Assembly (NCBI GenBank): GCA_051306005.1
Contig: JBPPMJ010000006.1
Location: forward strand, 8,361 to 72,360
Origin: Minisyncoccota bacterium
Lineage (GTDB): Bacteria > Patescibacteriota > Minisyncoccia > Moranbacterales > UBA1568
Length of the DNA stretch: 64,000 bases
Direction: 5' to 3'
Position numbers and translations under genes: made by a program. Within the stretch, counting starts at the first letter, position 1. Each line of letters begins with the position of its first letter. Below, in pieces: positions 1 to 10,170 of this stretch. Below the pieces are notes generated by a model, which saw nothing but the letters and a program-made list of their open reading frames with translations, was not told the DNA's origin and made no database searches.

Positions 1-297
1 TCAAAGCCTAATGTTCAAATTAAGAAAGTATTTTGTATGAACGGAAAGGTAAAGAAGGTGCAATTAATGGATGAGGGTTCGCTGGACGAATTACTTTTCA
101 AGGCCTAAGCTTTTCTGAGTATTCTAGCCCAGAGGTTCGAACTTCATCCAACAGGTGGAGCAGCTAAAAACATAGCTTAAATGAGCCTTTTTTTTACCTG
201 AAACAGGATTCGAACCAAGCATTGACTACCGACTCTAATTTTGAGAGACTAGTTCTGCAATAGTTTTTTCACAATCTATCAACAATGGGAGGCCAAC

Positions 298-612
298 ATG
301 GGGAAAGCATCTACTTGGGAAGATGTTAAGAGTAGAACCAGACGCATTGCAGATGTATCCAATACATTTGTGCTGAGTCACATTAAGGTTCTTGAAATGA
401 CAGGCGTCTCAATGCGCATATTCAGTTTTTCACTCGTGAGCTGGCTTGGGCCACAGAGTCCATTTATGTTCGTCTGGATATTCAATACGACTGATGCGGT
501 ATTATTATCCTGGTGTTCAATTTTGAAACGGGATAAGGCCTACTCTCTACTGAATATTTTCTGGATTCTTGTAGGCTTGGTTGGAATCGCTAGAGCGAGT
601 GGTCTCATATAA
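298..612 (+). CDS. hypothetical small membrane protein
   Basis: 104-aa ORF. GGGAGG RBS sits 14 nt upstream of the ATG. Hydrophobic C-terminal half. A hairpin plus T-run lies ~85 nt downstream at 697-727. Confidence 0.35.
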   Translation: MGKASTWEDVKSRTRRIADVSNTFVLSHIKVLEMTGVSMRIFSFSLVSWLGPQSPFMFVWIFNTTDAVLLSWCSILKRDKAYSLLNIFWILVGLVGIARASGLI

Positions 613-696
613 AAGATGTCTTGTTTCAATTTCGCTAGACATCTTGCCGTTCCCGCAAGCTAATAGTTCATAGCAGGCTGCTTCAATAGAAGCTAA

Positions 697-727
697 GACG
701 ACCCGCCATAAGAGGTCGTTTTTTTAT
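697..727 (+). terminator. intrinsic terminator (GACGACC...GGTCGTT hairpin plus T-run)
   Basis: Stem acgacc/ggtcgt followed by ttttttta. Several shorter hairpins precede it at 616-690. Confidence 0.4.
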
Positions 728-1446
728 CGCCCTTTTATTTTTTTAGAAATAGTGAGGAGCCGTGTTGGGTAAATCTTACTCATATTGCTCAACAAACTTT
801 TTCAAACAAAAGTAGTAGAACTTTGATTTTTTGTCTTCTTGTATAGAGGTTCTAACACTGTTCAGTAGGTGAGTATGAGGGGTTGTTGCTTGCGCAAAAT
901 TGTCTCAATACAGATGAGAAGCGTGATGCATTCGCTTCTGATTACAGTGGATTATCACATATGTAGGAGACGCTTTCTCCGGATCCGATTCTTGATGTGT
1001 TTCAGAGGGATTATACCTGGTCATCGCAGGTGTATAAATCTGTGCGCCCAGCGTCGAGTGATAATGACCTTGCCATGTCCAAATATATTCGCAGGTACTA
1101 ACGGCATATTTGACCAATCTATCTCTAACCGCAGGTCTGATTCGTGTTGTGGAGTAAAGCCCCGGATAGATGATCCGTCAAAATGAGAATGTCTTCAAGT
1201 TTCCCTCCTCAGCGCGTTCTTTCGCTTTGCTATTTAGTGCCTCAAGCTTAGTGTATGAAAGTTCCAATAAATCTTTCATTGACCCATTCTTATTATTAAT
1301 CATAAGTATATTATAATAATTCATGATTATAATATACTATAAAAAATCAATATTAATGGATTATTTGTCAAGTATGTGAAGGAAGTAATGAAAGAAAAAA
1401 GCCCAGAAATTTTTTTCAGGGCTTTTTAGTGTCAGTGTCATTTGTT

Positions 1447-1770
1447 TTATTTGATAAATTCGAACACGATGATATTTGTGCTGTTTTGGAGACGATGCAT
1501 ACCATGAATATGTAACAATTCTTTGATGGTGGTGATATTTGGACGGATTTTTTGGAGTACCTCCGTTTCGCCCAAAGATTGCAAGTCAGTATATTTTCGA
1601 ATATCTTTGATACGGACAGTCACACGCCATCCATTTACCGTAAAGATGATGGGTTCGTGTATTCTGATACGTTTGATTGACTCTGATCCTGGACGCACAT
1701 CAAGCGTTTTTTCACCTTTGAGAATACATTCAAAGTCTGTTTTACTCACGTTTAACTGCATCATTTGCAA
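1447..1770 (-). CDS. ASCH-domain (PUA-like) protein
   Basis: 107 aa. ILKGEKTLDVRPGSE ... EPIIFTVNGWRVTVRIKDI is typical of the ASCH fold. Hairpin/T-run at ~1405-1440. Confidence 0.45.
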   Translation of the reverse strand: MQMMQLNVSKTDFECILKGEKTLDVRPGSESIKRIRIHEPIIFTVNGWRVTVRIKDIRKYTDLQSLGETEVLQKIRPNITTIKELLHIHGMHRLQNSTNIIVFEFIK

Positions 1771-2263
1771 ATCCTCCTTTCCTTCGCCTTCGTATCTTAT
1801 TCTGGCAGAACAAGTATCATAATAGTGTCATTCCATAAATTTTGAAAGTACTATCAAATCTCAATATTTTGCAATTAAAATATGATAACATAAAAATATT
1901 TATTTATCAACATTTGTAGCACTGCAACATCAAATTTACACTCGCGTATTCAATCAATTTTTCTCTGGGAGTCTTCCTATCCATACCAAAGTCACGGTGT
2001 TTGTTCTGGTGGTTGTAGTAAGACAAGAACAGGTTCAAGCGGTATTGGCTACCTCCAGAGAGTTTCGTCGCCACGGACGTTACGGTGTCTTTCAGAGGAT
2101 TCATATGATGTAAGTTTACAAGAGGACTTTTTTTGTTTAAACCTTTGGGAGAAAGTATAAACCCTCTTGCGACAATATTAACAAGAAATGGTCTTCACAT
2201 ATCTTCATCTGCAGTGTAATTCGTCTCTCTTGTCAAAAAATTTACGTAGGTGTATGGTGACAG

Positions 2264-2842
2264 ATGTGCGAGAATAATCTGGCACAGGTTAGTTCTTTGA
2301 TTCAATATATGGAGAATTACGATATGTATTTTTTTCGGATAATCATTGAGACACCGCGGTTACGGCTGCTGTCAATTTCTCACGAGTATCAAGACGTCAT
2401 TTTCCAGGGATTTACGGCAAAAGTTGCCAGGTATCTTTCGGTGAAGCCGACGAATGATATCACGGATACCAAAGTCTTTATTGATACTGCGTTGCAACGT
2501 ATGCGACGCGGAGAAGAATTGCAATGTGCCGTTGTTATGCGAAAAACCAATGAATTCATTGGATGTGCAGGACTGCATGATGTTTATGTTAAACCAGAAA
2601 TCGGATTGTGGATCAAAGAGTCTTATTGGCACCAGGGTTTTGGAACTGAAACCGTTTCTGCATTACAGGATTGGGCAAAACGCTGTATTTCTGGACATCG
2701 GTGTTTTTATTATTCGGTGCATGTGGAAAATATCACCAGTCGCCGAATTGCCGAAAAAATTGGTGGGCGGTTAGTCAAACCATTGTTTTATAAAAATAAT
2801 GTTCATGAACAACACCACCCAATACTGACCTATCGTATTTGA
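2264..2842 (+). CDS. GNAT-family N-acetyltransferase (RimJ/RimL-like)
   Basis: ETPRLRL N-terminal motif. GLWIKESYWHQGFGTE matches the acetyl-CoA binding motif A. True start is probably an internal Met (2309 or 2324). Confidence 0.65.
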   Translation: MCENNLAQVSSLIQYMENYDMYFFRIIIETPRLRLLSISHEYQDVIFQGFTAKVARYLSVKPTNDITDTKVFIDTALQRMRRGEELQCAVVMRKTNEFIGCAGLHDVYVKPEIGLWIKESYWHQGFGTETVSALQDWAKRCISGHRCFYYSVHVENITSRRIAEKIGGRLVKPLFYKNNVHEQHHPILTYRI

Positions 2843-2866
2843 TTGTTGAAACGCAGGTATTTTATA

Positions 2867-2898
2867 CCAGCTTCTTCAATGAGAAGCTGGTTTTTTTA
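2867..2898 (+). terminator. intrinsic terminator
   Basis: ccagcttc-ttcaatga-gaagctgg followed by tttttttat. Confidence 0.6.
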
Positions 2899-2993
2899 TC
2901 TTCATATTGACAGTATCTATAGAAAAGGGTATAAAGATTAATTGTAGGCAAACACGCTTACAATGGTGAGTATTCCTAAGTGTTGGGAATACA

Positions 2994-3590
2994 TTGATAT
3001 ATAAGGAGAGGGTCATGTCTATCTTGTCTGCTACTCCCGGTACTTCACAGCAAGCTACCCGGAAGAAAAGGGATCCAGGATTGGTTTGGCCGAAAAAAGG
3101 CTGTTTGCTGAAAGCGGTAGATGCTATTCAGCTCCCAAAGAGCTCCCTCTTACAGGATCCACTCAATGCTTTGCATGAGATGCCGGATCTGGTTATCGGA
3201 GACGCTGTGTACGAGTTGGCAGATTTGTCAACGTACGCAGAAAAACGTTCTTTATCATTTTGCATTCGCGCTCACCTCATGTGCTTTGCGAGAGATTCAA
3301 CTATCTGTCAACTATTGCCCAAAAATTATATCATGCCATTTACACATTTATTGGCACTGATTAAAGCGCAACACTCTGAGACGGAACATCCTTTCCTTCC
3401 CATTGATGCCAAAAAAAGCAGTTTTTATGTTATGGGAAAAGGGCGATTCTCGAGAGTCGTCATTAGTCTCCAAAAAAATAGAAAACTTCATTATTGGGAG
3501 ATGGATGCTTGGGAGATGGACCATAGCGCATGGGAACCGGGTACGCAAATTGTTTTTTGCGCCAGCCATCAAGGCATCATGAACAACTGA
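2994..3590 (+). CDS. hypothetical protein
   Basis: 198-aa ORF with no recognisable motif. Start may be the internal Met at 3015. Downstream hairpin/T-run at 3697-3737. Confidence 0.35.
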   Translation: MIYKERVMSILSATPGTSQQATRKKRDPGLVWPKKGCLLKAVDAIQLPKSSLLQDPLNALHEMPDLVIGDAVYELADLSTYAEKRSLSFCIRAHLMCFARDSTICQLLPKNYIMPFTHLLALIKAQHSETEHPFLPIDAKKSSFYVMGKGRFSRVVISLQKNRKLHYWEMDAWEMDHSAWEPGTQIVFCASHQGIMNN

Positions 3591-3735
3591 TACACCATTG
3601 ATTGTTACTACAATGTAGTTTTTCTCATTAAGGTGTTTTGCAAAAACGTGTCCTTTTTATTGTGGAGAACCATCCGTGTCTATACTTAAACCCTTCCCCT
3701 GATTACTCTTCGTAGTTATCAGGGGTTTCTCTTTT

Positions 3736-4200
3736 TTACTCAACAATTAATGCGCCAAATTGTCCTTTGGCACGATGTCCTGGCTTGGAACAATAGTAGA
3801 CAAATTCACCCTTCTTATCAGCGGTAAATTCAATGATGGTGTCTTGGTTCAAGGGGAGCTCTTGGTAAATACTATATTCATCAAGGGTAAAATCATGCAT
3901 CCCTTTGGTATTGGTAATTGTGATGCGGACGGTATCTCCTTGTTTCACACGGATTTCTTTGAGGGAATACCAAACACCTGTTTCATCATAATATGCCGTC
4001 ATGGCAAATTCTTGTGGCTTGTTAATTTGCATCATGGCAGGCGCTGGTACCTGATTGATCTGTTTCTTGGTACCAGGCCAAAATATGTATGCGCCGATAA
4101 CAACAATAATAAAGACCACGATGCTAATAAATTTTTTCATAAAAGGTTGATTACATATAAGAAGCGTCTTCATTATATAAGCTTTCTGTTTTTTTGACAA
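3736..4200 (-). CDS. cupredoxin-like (plastocyanin/azurin-type) blue-copper domain protein, membrane anchored
   Basis: Signal anchor MKKFISIVVFIIVVIGAYIFW. C-terminal YYCSKPGHRAKGQFGALIVE with upstream GMHDF gives a H...C..H..Q ligand pattern (Gln in the axial Met position, as in stellacyanins). Alternative starts at 4173 or 4140. Confidence 0.5.
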   Translation of the reverse strand: MSKKQKAYIMKTLLICNQPFMKKFISIVVFIIVVIGAYIFWPGTKKQINQVPAPAMMQINKPQEFAMTAYYDETGVWYSLKEIRVKQGDTVRITITNTKGMHDFTLDEYSIYQELPLNQDTIIEFTADKKGEFVYYCSKPGHRAKGQFGALIVE

Positions 4201-4947
4201 AATGATGAATATTCTTTAGTATGCCTTGTTGGGAGCATTACTTCCAATGAGTTTTTTTAGACAGAGTTCTTTGTTATATTGCGCAAAGGAGACATGCCGT
4301 GTCAAGTGTCGTTATTGCAAACGCACCGGTTACTCACATGAGTTCATTGATAACAATCGATGAGTGTGATATTTGTACGCACATTGAGTCACCAAGCCTC
4401 GATTTACTTCTGGTACAATGGATTGATTGTTGTGTTGACAGAACATTGAGGAAATACTTTGTATCTGATACACCGTATACGCAATACGGCAAATATCGAC
4501 GTCATAGGATTTGTCAAATACAGCGCCCCCTCCCGTTTTCGACACTGACGCCATTATATGGCTCATCCGTCAAAGAAATTGTCTCGTTTTTAGCGAAACA
4601 CAAGTGTGGTCGTGGTTCATGGTTGTCAGCAAAAAAAGGGACACACAATATATTTTCGCTATTTGTGGGTGAGTCCTTCGATACGGCACCGGTGATTTTC
4701 ATCAGCGTGATATGGGATGCGCCTTATCGGCAGTGGGTGCTGTACCCCTGTTTTGATCAGTGCGCATTTCTTCTTCCGCAGGATCGCTACATATACCCTG
4801 TAGACAACACTTATGTCTCAGCGCCTCGATAAAAACAAGAGAACGCTGGCAGTTCCACCCCCTACTCAAAGAGTTGGGGGGTTTTCTTTCTCATTGTGCC
4901 TTGCTAAGATACAATTATCCGTCTATCAATTTATTTTATCAATATCT

Positions 4948-5694
4948 ATGCATGACGTTTTCATTAAAAATATTGAAATTACTCTTGATGATTTTGGTAT
5001 CAGTGAACTTGCCAATGACCGTATCATCGCACTTATAAAATCCGGCAATATCAGCCGTGTCTCCGTTATGATGAATGGTATTTTGCGTCAAAATGATATT
5101 ACGGAACTGTTGCACTCTGGTGTTTTACTCGATATCCATCTTGACCGTTATGCGCGTGTAGAGACGGAACGCTCATTGACTGCCGGTGCCGTAAAACGCC
5201 TGTTACTTTTTGTTAAGCAGTACCTTGGTGGCGAATTGAGTCCACGCATCATTGAAAAACGTTGGGAACAACAACTTCAATCTTTTCATGAAATATTTCG
5301 ACGCTTTCCTGATGGTATTAATTCACATGAGCATGTGCATTTTTTCCCACCATACTTGCGTATCGCCATCTGGCTGGCACAAAAATACGATATTCAGTAT
5401 ATGCGTTTTGGGCAAAGAACTGTTTCTCGGAGAGCTTTTATTGCATGGATTTTACACGGCTTACAATATTCTGGTCGACATATATTCAGGAAAAGTGGTC
5501 TTCTTTCGCCTGCCATATTGATCAGTTGGGATTGGCTCAAACAAGACACGGTTCCGCAATGGTCTACTCTGACCAAACCTTTCTTTATCACGGAAATTAT
5601 TTTTCATCCGGAGCGGAAAGAAGAATATATTTTGCTTCAACAGGCTCTTGGCATTCTTCCCATGGTAGATGAGAAAGGTGCAAAATATGAATAA
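4948..5694 (+). CDS. YdjC/ChbG-family carbohydrate deacetylase-like protein
   Basis: ITLDDFGIS ... RVSVMMNG ... HEHVHFFP resembles the YdjC family. Start chosen at Met46 of the 4813 ORF. Confidence 0.55.
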   Translation: MHDVFIKNIEITLDDFGISELANDRIIALIKSGNISRVSVMMNGILRQNDITELLHSGVLLDIHLDRYARVETERSLTAGAVKRLLLFVKQYLGGELSPRIIEKRWEQQLQSFHEIFRRFPDGINSHEHVHFFPPYLRIAIWLAQKYDIQYMRFGQRTVSRRAFIAWILHGLQYSGRHIFRKSGLLSPAILISWDWLKQDTVPQWSTLTKPFFITEIIFHPERKEEYILLQQALGILPMVDEKGAKYE

Positions 5695-5753
5695 GTCTGA
5701 ATACGGTAAAGGCGTGATATATATCACGCCTTGTGTTTGCAGTAAGGGTGTTT

Positions 5754-6371
5754 TTAGAAGCCAAGTACTTCATGAACGAAAATCACCGTGACTTTACGAT
5801 TCATAAAGGCTGGCTCTTGTTCGAGAAGCAGAATCTTGGCGAGCACACTTCCTCCCATGCCTGCGTTTTTCATCCGTTCATTTTCCAATGGAAACACATG
5901 CTCGCGAATACGCGTCAACGCATCCTGAATGGTTGGAACAATTTTTTGCGTTCCTACGACAAAAATAATGTTTGGTGAGGTAAATGCGATAGCAGGAAGC
6001 TGACTGCCAGAAGCGGAAGCAATCAAGATGTCACCCGTTTCTGTTACTGCGTGTACGCTCGATAGGGCATAATCAGCAAAGACTGATTGTTGACGCAACA
6101 TTGTTTGTTTCTCAGGATCCTGTTCAATCAAGACAGCTTCATGGAGATTGTTCCAGGAATGTTCGTTGCTTTTGAGGTAATCAATAAAGCCGATTTGCTG
6201 TAGGGTAGTAGAACTACCATTATTGATTGAAGCACCGACTGGAATCATTGTTTTGATGTGTGCGAGAGCCTCTTCTTTGTTGTTCACAACCACTGTTTCA
6301 AAATTATGTTTTTTGAGAGCATCAACGGTGATTTGTAATACCTCTCTGTTCGCCAATTCCGTGTATGACAT
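5754..6371 (-). CDS. LUD-domain protein (LutC/YkgG-like, DUF162)
   Basis: 205 aa. The fold pattern resembles lactate-utilisation LutC-family proteins. Confidence 0.5.
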   Translation of the reverse strand: MSYTELANREVLQITVDALKKHNFETVVVNNKEEALAHIKTMIPVGASINNGSSTTLQQIGFIDYLKSNEHSWNNLHEAVLIEQDPEKQTMLRQQSVFADYALSSVHAVTETGDILIASASGSQLPAIAFTSPNIIFVVGTQKIVPTIQDALTRIREHVFPLENERMKNAGMGGSVLAKILLLEQEPAFMNRKVTVIFVHEVLGF

Positions 6372-6520
6372 AGGGTTGTGTGTTATGATAATTATATTAC
6401 AGATATGAAACTACTCTCTTCTGCAATGTTACTCTGCTTTATCGTGTAAAGCAATATCATATGTGTTGACTTGTACCTCAAACCCTGTCAGAATAACAAG
6501 ATTTATTATCATCACTCTGT

Positions 6521-7249
6521 ATGTCTGAAATTTTGGAATTTCCAGTGCGTTTGAATCGTTATATGGCCATCCGCGGATTAGCTACTCGTCGTTTTGCGGA
6601 TACGTTGATTACATCTGGATTGGTGCTGTTGAATGGTAAAAAAGCGCAGTTGGGGGATCGGGTAGAAACGATCCATGATACTGTTGAGGTTCTCAAGACG
6701 ACCAAAAACAAACAAAAAGCTAGGACATATGTGGCATATTGCAAGCCTCAAGGGGTGATTACTCATTCTCCGCAATTTGGTGAAGCCTCTATCACGGAAA
6801 TTTCTGGATTTCCCGGACTTTTTCCGGTTGGGCGTCTTGACAAGGCATCAGAAGGACTTATTCTTTTGACGAACGATGGACGTGTAACAGACCGTTTATT
6901 ACATCCGCGTTTCGCACACGAGAAAGAATACATCGTGACAGTACGTGAGAAAATATTGCCCTCTGCCAAACACATCATGGAACGAGGCATCCAGAGTGAT
7001 AATGAAATATTGACCGCAAAAAAAGTGGAAATTATCGGTGTGCATACGATGCGTATTGTGTTGACTGAAGGCAAGAAACATCAAATCCGTCGCATGTCTG
7101 ATGCTTTGCACTTGACGGTTGAAAAATTGGTGCGCGTGCGTATTATGGGTATTCATCTCGGTTCACTGAAACCAGGACAATCCCGTGTGTTAAAGGGAAC
7201 AGCGCGCATTTCTTTTCTCAAGAGCCTTGATTTGCCTGAGGCAATGTAA
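6521..7249 (+). CDS. rRNA pseudouridine synthase, RsuA/RluB family
   Basis: N-terminal S4-like domain. PVGRLDKASEGLILLTNDG catalytic Asp motif. KEYIVTV and GKKHQIRRM motifs. Confidence 0.85.
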   Translation: MSEILEFPVRLNRYMAIRGLATRRFADTLITSGLVLLNGKKAQLGDRVETIHDTVEVLKTTKNKQKARTYVAYCKPQGVITHSPQFGEASITEISGFPGLFPVGRLDKASEGLILLTNDGRVTDRLLHPRFAHEKEYIVTVREKILPSAKHIMERGIQSDNEILTAKKVEIIGVHTMRIVLTEGKKHQIRRMSDALHLTVEKLVRVRIMGIHLGSLKPGQSRVLKGTARISFLKSLDLPEAM

Positions 7250-7271
7250 TGTTTTGAAAACAAGACGATAT

Positions 7272-7766
7272 ATGGATATCATATCGCATGGATTGTGGGG
7301 GTCGGTAGGTTTTGGGCGGAAAAATCGACGCAATTTCTGGCTTGCTTTTTTTCTGGGTATAGCACCAGATTTGTTTTCTTTTGGTATATTTTTTTGCATG
7401 ATGTTATTGGGTTTGATAGAAATGCCAGATTTTTCGGCATGGAAACCGCCGGAAGTGAATCAAATTCCTTTCTATGTATATCATGCTTATAATGTGACAC
7501 ATAGTTTGGTGATATTTGGACTTGTTTTTTTGGGTGTGTGGATTTGGCGTGGTACACCTTGGTTTGTTTTGTGTGCTTGGGGTTTCCACATCGTATTGGA
7601 TATTCCGACTCATTCACAACAATTTTTCCCTACTCCATTTCTTTGGCCTTTGTCCGACTATACCATTCATGGTACACCATGGAGTACCCCGATTATTTTT
7701 ATTCCCAATGTTATCTTATTAGGTTTGACATACACGTGGTTTTGGTGGAACAAAAAAAGACGTTGA
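7272..7766 (+). CDS. membrane-bound metal-dependent hydrolase-like protein (YdjM/DUF457-like)
   Basis: Polytopic membrane protein. N-terminal SHGLWG and later H..LDIPTHS His motifs. Confidence 0.45.
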   Translation: MDIISHGLWGSVGFGRKNRRNFWLAFFLGIAPDLFSFGIFFCMMLLGLIEMPDFSAWKPPEVNQIPFYVYHAYNVTHSLVIFGLVFLGVWIWRGTPWFVLCAWGFHIVLDIPTHSQQFFPTPFLWPLSDYTIHGTPWSTPIIFIPNVILLGLTYTWFWWNKKRR

Positions 7767-8180
7767 GCGATAGACATGGTGATTTCTGAGAAAAGATTGC
7801 AAAGAAAGACGCGGTGACAGCTATCTTTCTTGTCGTGATTGCGAAAAAAGAAAGTAATGGGGGCAAGCACGTACCACGCAGTGCAGACGGGAAGATTGTT
7901 ATAATGATTGGGAATACAGAGGAAAGCGCTACTGATTTGGTTGATGGACGTATTGATACCTTCTGTATACGTATCAATTGGATATATCTGAAAAAAAGAG
8001 GATTGCGTGAAAATGTGGACAAAGTTGTGCGAATCATGATTCACAAAGTGTCCAAAAATAGATTAGTGGTGTTAGTGTGTATACTGAAAAATACACATTA
8101 AGATTTAGGTCAAAACCACCACTGCGACGTGCGGAGCGTGCGACACCATTTGGCTTTGAAAAAGCCGTTAAGTTCCATTC

Positions 8181-8266
8181 TGGTGCCGTGGAAAGGACTT
8201 GAACCTTCACAGGGTTTCCCCTACCAGCTCCTAAGGCTGGCGTGTCTACCATTCCACCACCACGGC
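8181..8266 (-). tRNA. tRNA-Leu(TAG), class II, CCA encoded
   Basis: Minus-strand read GCCGTGG...CCACGGC-A-CCA. Anticodon loop CTTAGGA. Long variable arm. T-arm GAAGG-TTCAAGT-CCTTT. Confidence 0.85.
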
Positions 8267-8275
8267 ATAATGCCT

Positions 8276-8593
8276 CTATTCGGTCAAAATATGCGCATAT
8301 TCTCCCAAAAGAGCGGTTAATCGCAAGGCCTCTTCTTTAACTGGACCATCATTTTTATATTCTCCATGATGTCGTGTACCTTCTCCGTACGTATGTTGTT
8401 TGTGATCCAGATGCAAACTGAGATTGAGAGAGATTTTATTGAGTATAACATAACAGTGAAAGCGCGGGTATCCTTGACTTCCCAAGACACGCACAAAACT
8501 CATTTCATTATTTTCTTGTCGTTGAAACACATATCCAGCGCGACGTAACAGAGTGACCGGACTCTCTGCGATAATATCAACCACTATTTTCAT
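8276..8593 (-). CDS. hypothetical protein
   Basis: 105-aa ORF adjacent to tRNA-Leu and the CCA enzyme. No confident motif. Confidence 0.4.
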   Translation of the reverse strand: MKIVVDIIAESPVTLLRRAGYVFQRQENNEMSFVRVLGSQGYPRFHCYVILNKISLNLSLHLDHKQHTYGEGTRHHGEYKNDGPVKEEALRLTALLGEYAHILTE

Positions 8594-8610
8594 ACATGGA
8601 ATAACAATAT

Positions 8611-10113
8611 TTATTCTACCCAGTGACGTTTTTTGATTTGTTGATTGTCTTCGTTTTTTCGTTTCTCAATTTTTTCTTCTGCTTGAGCTTGGAGTATAGT
8701 GAGGTTACTTTCGTTCAAAACAATGGATCGTTTGAGGAGTATATCACGTGTGTTGCGTGTCGGATCCTCAATGACTTCTGCCAATAAGACGTTTAAGATG
8801 GCGCCAATTTTTGGTCCGGCAGGAATATGGAGCATCTGGAGTAAATCAGTTCCCTTGATAGCGAGCATTTTGACGGAGAGTGGATCATGAGATACTTTTT
8901 CAATCATGTATTCCAAATGGCGGAGTTTGTAGGGCTTCGCTTTTGGTACGCCCGATCCCAACCGATCACCGATACGTACCGCCATGAGATCATCCATATT
9001 TTCTAAACCAACACGCTTGATAAGGCGTCTGACTGAGGCTTCAGTCACTTCGCCAACATTGTAATAGAAGAGATGATTGTCAACAAGGAGCACCGTCTTT
9101 TGGATGATAGTTTTTGGATAATGAAGACGGGTCAACATCTTTTCAGCCATACGCGCGCCGACGTGGTCATGATTGTAAAATGTGGCATGAAGTCCTTCGC
9201 CACGTTTCGTTCGTGGCTTACCAACATCGTGTAGGAGACTAGCGAGACGCACTTCTAGTTTTGACGAAGGGCAGGTTGCAAGTGCCCGTAGATTATGTTC
9301 CCAGACCGTATAGATATGATGCAGATTTTGCGTCACCCCAATTCCTTCTTCCAATTCCGGTAACACAAAGGGTAGCAGATGTGTTTCCTGTAAGAGAGCT
9401 ATGCCTTCATTTGGACTGTCAGACAAGATAATTTTGGAAAGTTCATCACGGATTCTTTCTTGGGAAACAACTTTGAGATTGTGGGCAAGTTTTTTGATTG
9501 CTTGTAGTGTTGCTGGCTCAATAGACCATTGCGATGCAGTTTTTTGCGAGTGGCGTAATTCAGCAAAAAATCGAACAGCTCGCATCAAACGCAAAGCATC
9601 TTCACCAAAACGTTCTTCGGGAGTGCCAACGGCGCGAATCAGTTTATCTGTGATGTCTTGTTGTCCACTAAAGAGATCTATCAACTTCCATGAACCTGGC
9701 TTTTTGGCACCATAAGCAAGGGCATTTATGGTAAAGTCTCGGCGCGCCAGATCTTCTTCAAGGGAGAGTGTAAAGGAAATGTGGTCTGGTCGACGTAAGT
9801 CCGTGTACTCACTTTCTGTGCGATATGTGGTGACTTCAATGATATCGTATTCATGTGAAACGGGGGTCGTCGCCAGAAAGCGCGCTACTTTGACACCGAC
9901 AGTTCCAAAGATATTTTCATAAAAACTATCTGGAAAAAGCGCCATAATTTGTTCTGGAATGGCATTGGTCGTTATATCCCAGTCTTTTGGGGTGCGTTCG
10001 ATAATGAGATCACGCACACATCCACCTACCAAAAATGCCTCAAAACCAGCCTGAATAAGTGTGTTTACAACATGTTGTACCGGCAATGGAATAAGAGAGG
10101 TCATAGGTAACAA
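8611..10113 (-). CDS. cca: CCA-adding tRNA nucleotidyltransferase (polyA polymerase head plus HD domain)
   Basis: GGCVRD nucleotidyltransferase motif, RRDFTINA, and HD motif LLHDVGK. Confidence 0.85.
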   Translation of the reverse strand: MLPMTSLIPLPVQHVVNTLIQAGFEAFLVGGCVRDLIIERTPKDWDITTNAIPEQIMALFPDSFYENIFGTVGVKVARFLATTPVSHEYDIIEVTTYRTESEYTDLRRPDHISFTLSLEEDLARRDFTINALAYGAKKPGSWKLIDLFSGQQDITDKLIRAVGTPEERFGEDALRLMRAVRFFAELRHSQKTASQWSIEPATLQAIKKLAHNLKVVSQERIRDELSKIILSDSPNEGIALLQETHLLPFVLPELEEGIGVTQNLHHIYTVWEHNLRALATCPSSKLEVRLASLLHDVGKPRTKRGEGLHATFYNHDHVGARMAEKMLTRLHYPKTIIQKTVLLVDNHLFYYNVGEVTEASVRRLIKRVGLENMDDLMAVRIGDRLGSGVPKAKPYKLRHLEYMIEKVSHDPLSVKMLAIKGTDLLQMLHIPAGPKIGAILNVLLAEVIEDPTRNTRDILLKRSIVLNESNLTILQAQAEEKIEKRKNEDNQQIKKRHWVE

Positions 10114-10170
10114 AAAAATACAGACATAAGTGCGATGAAATATGCAGGAGATTTTTCAAGGTATCAGTCA

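Noticed and set aside
100-215. Two opposite-orientation GGTTCGAAC / GGATTCGAACC T-loop-like motifs that might be tRNA genes
   Set aside because: Neither can be folded into a cloverleaf. The T-stems do not pair and no acceptor stem is found. At best they are decayed tRNA remnants.
869-1290. Overlapping ORFs on both strands (869-1186 plus, 905-1117 minus) and a 42-codon minus ORF at ~1165-1290
   Set aside because: No motif, odd composition, and mutually exclusive frames. Possibly a disrupted small gene, but I cannot support any call.
4299-4832. 177-aa ORF upstream of the YdjC-like gene
   Set aside because: Cys-rich with no motif, and it overlaps the start region of the YdjC-family ORF. It could be real but is unsupported, so I left it out of the feature list.
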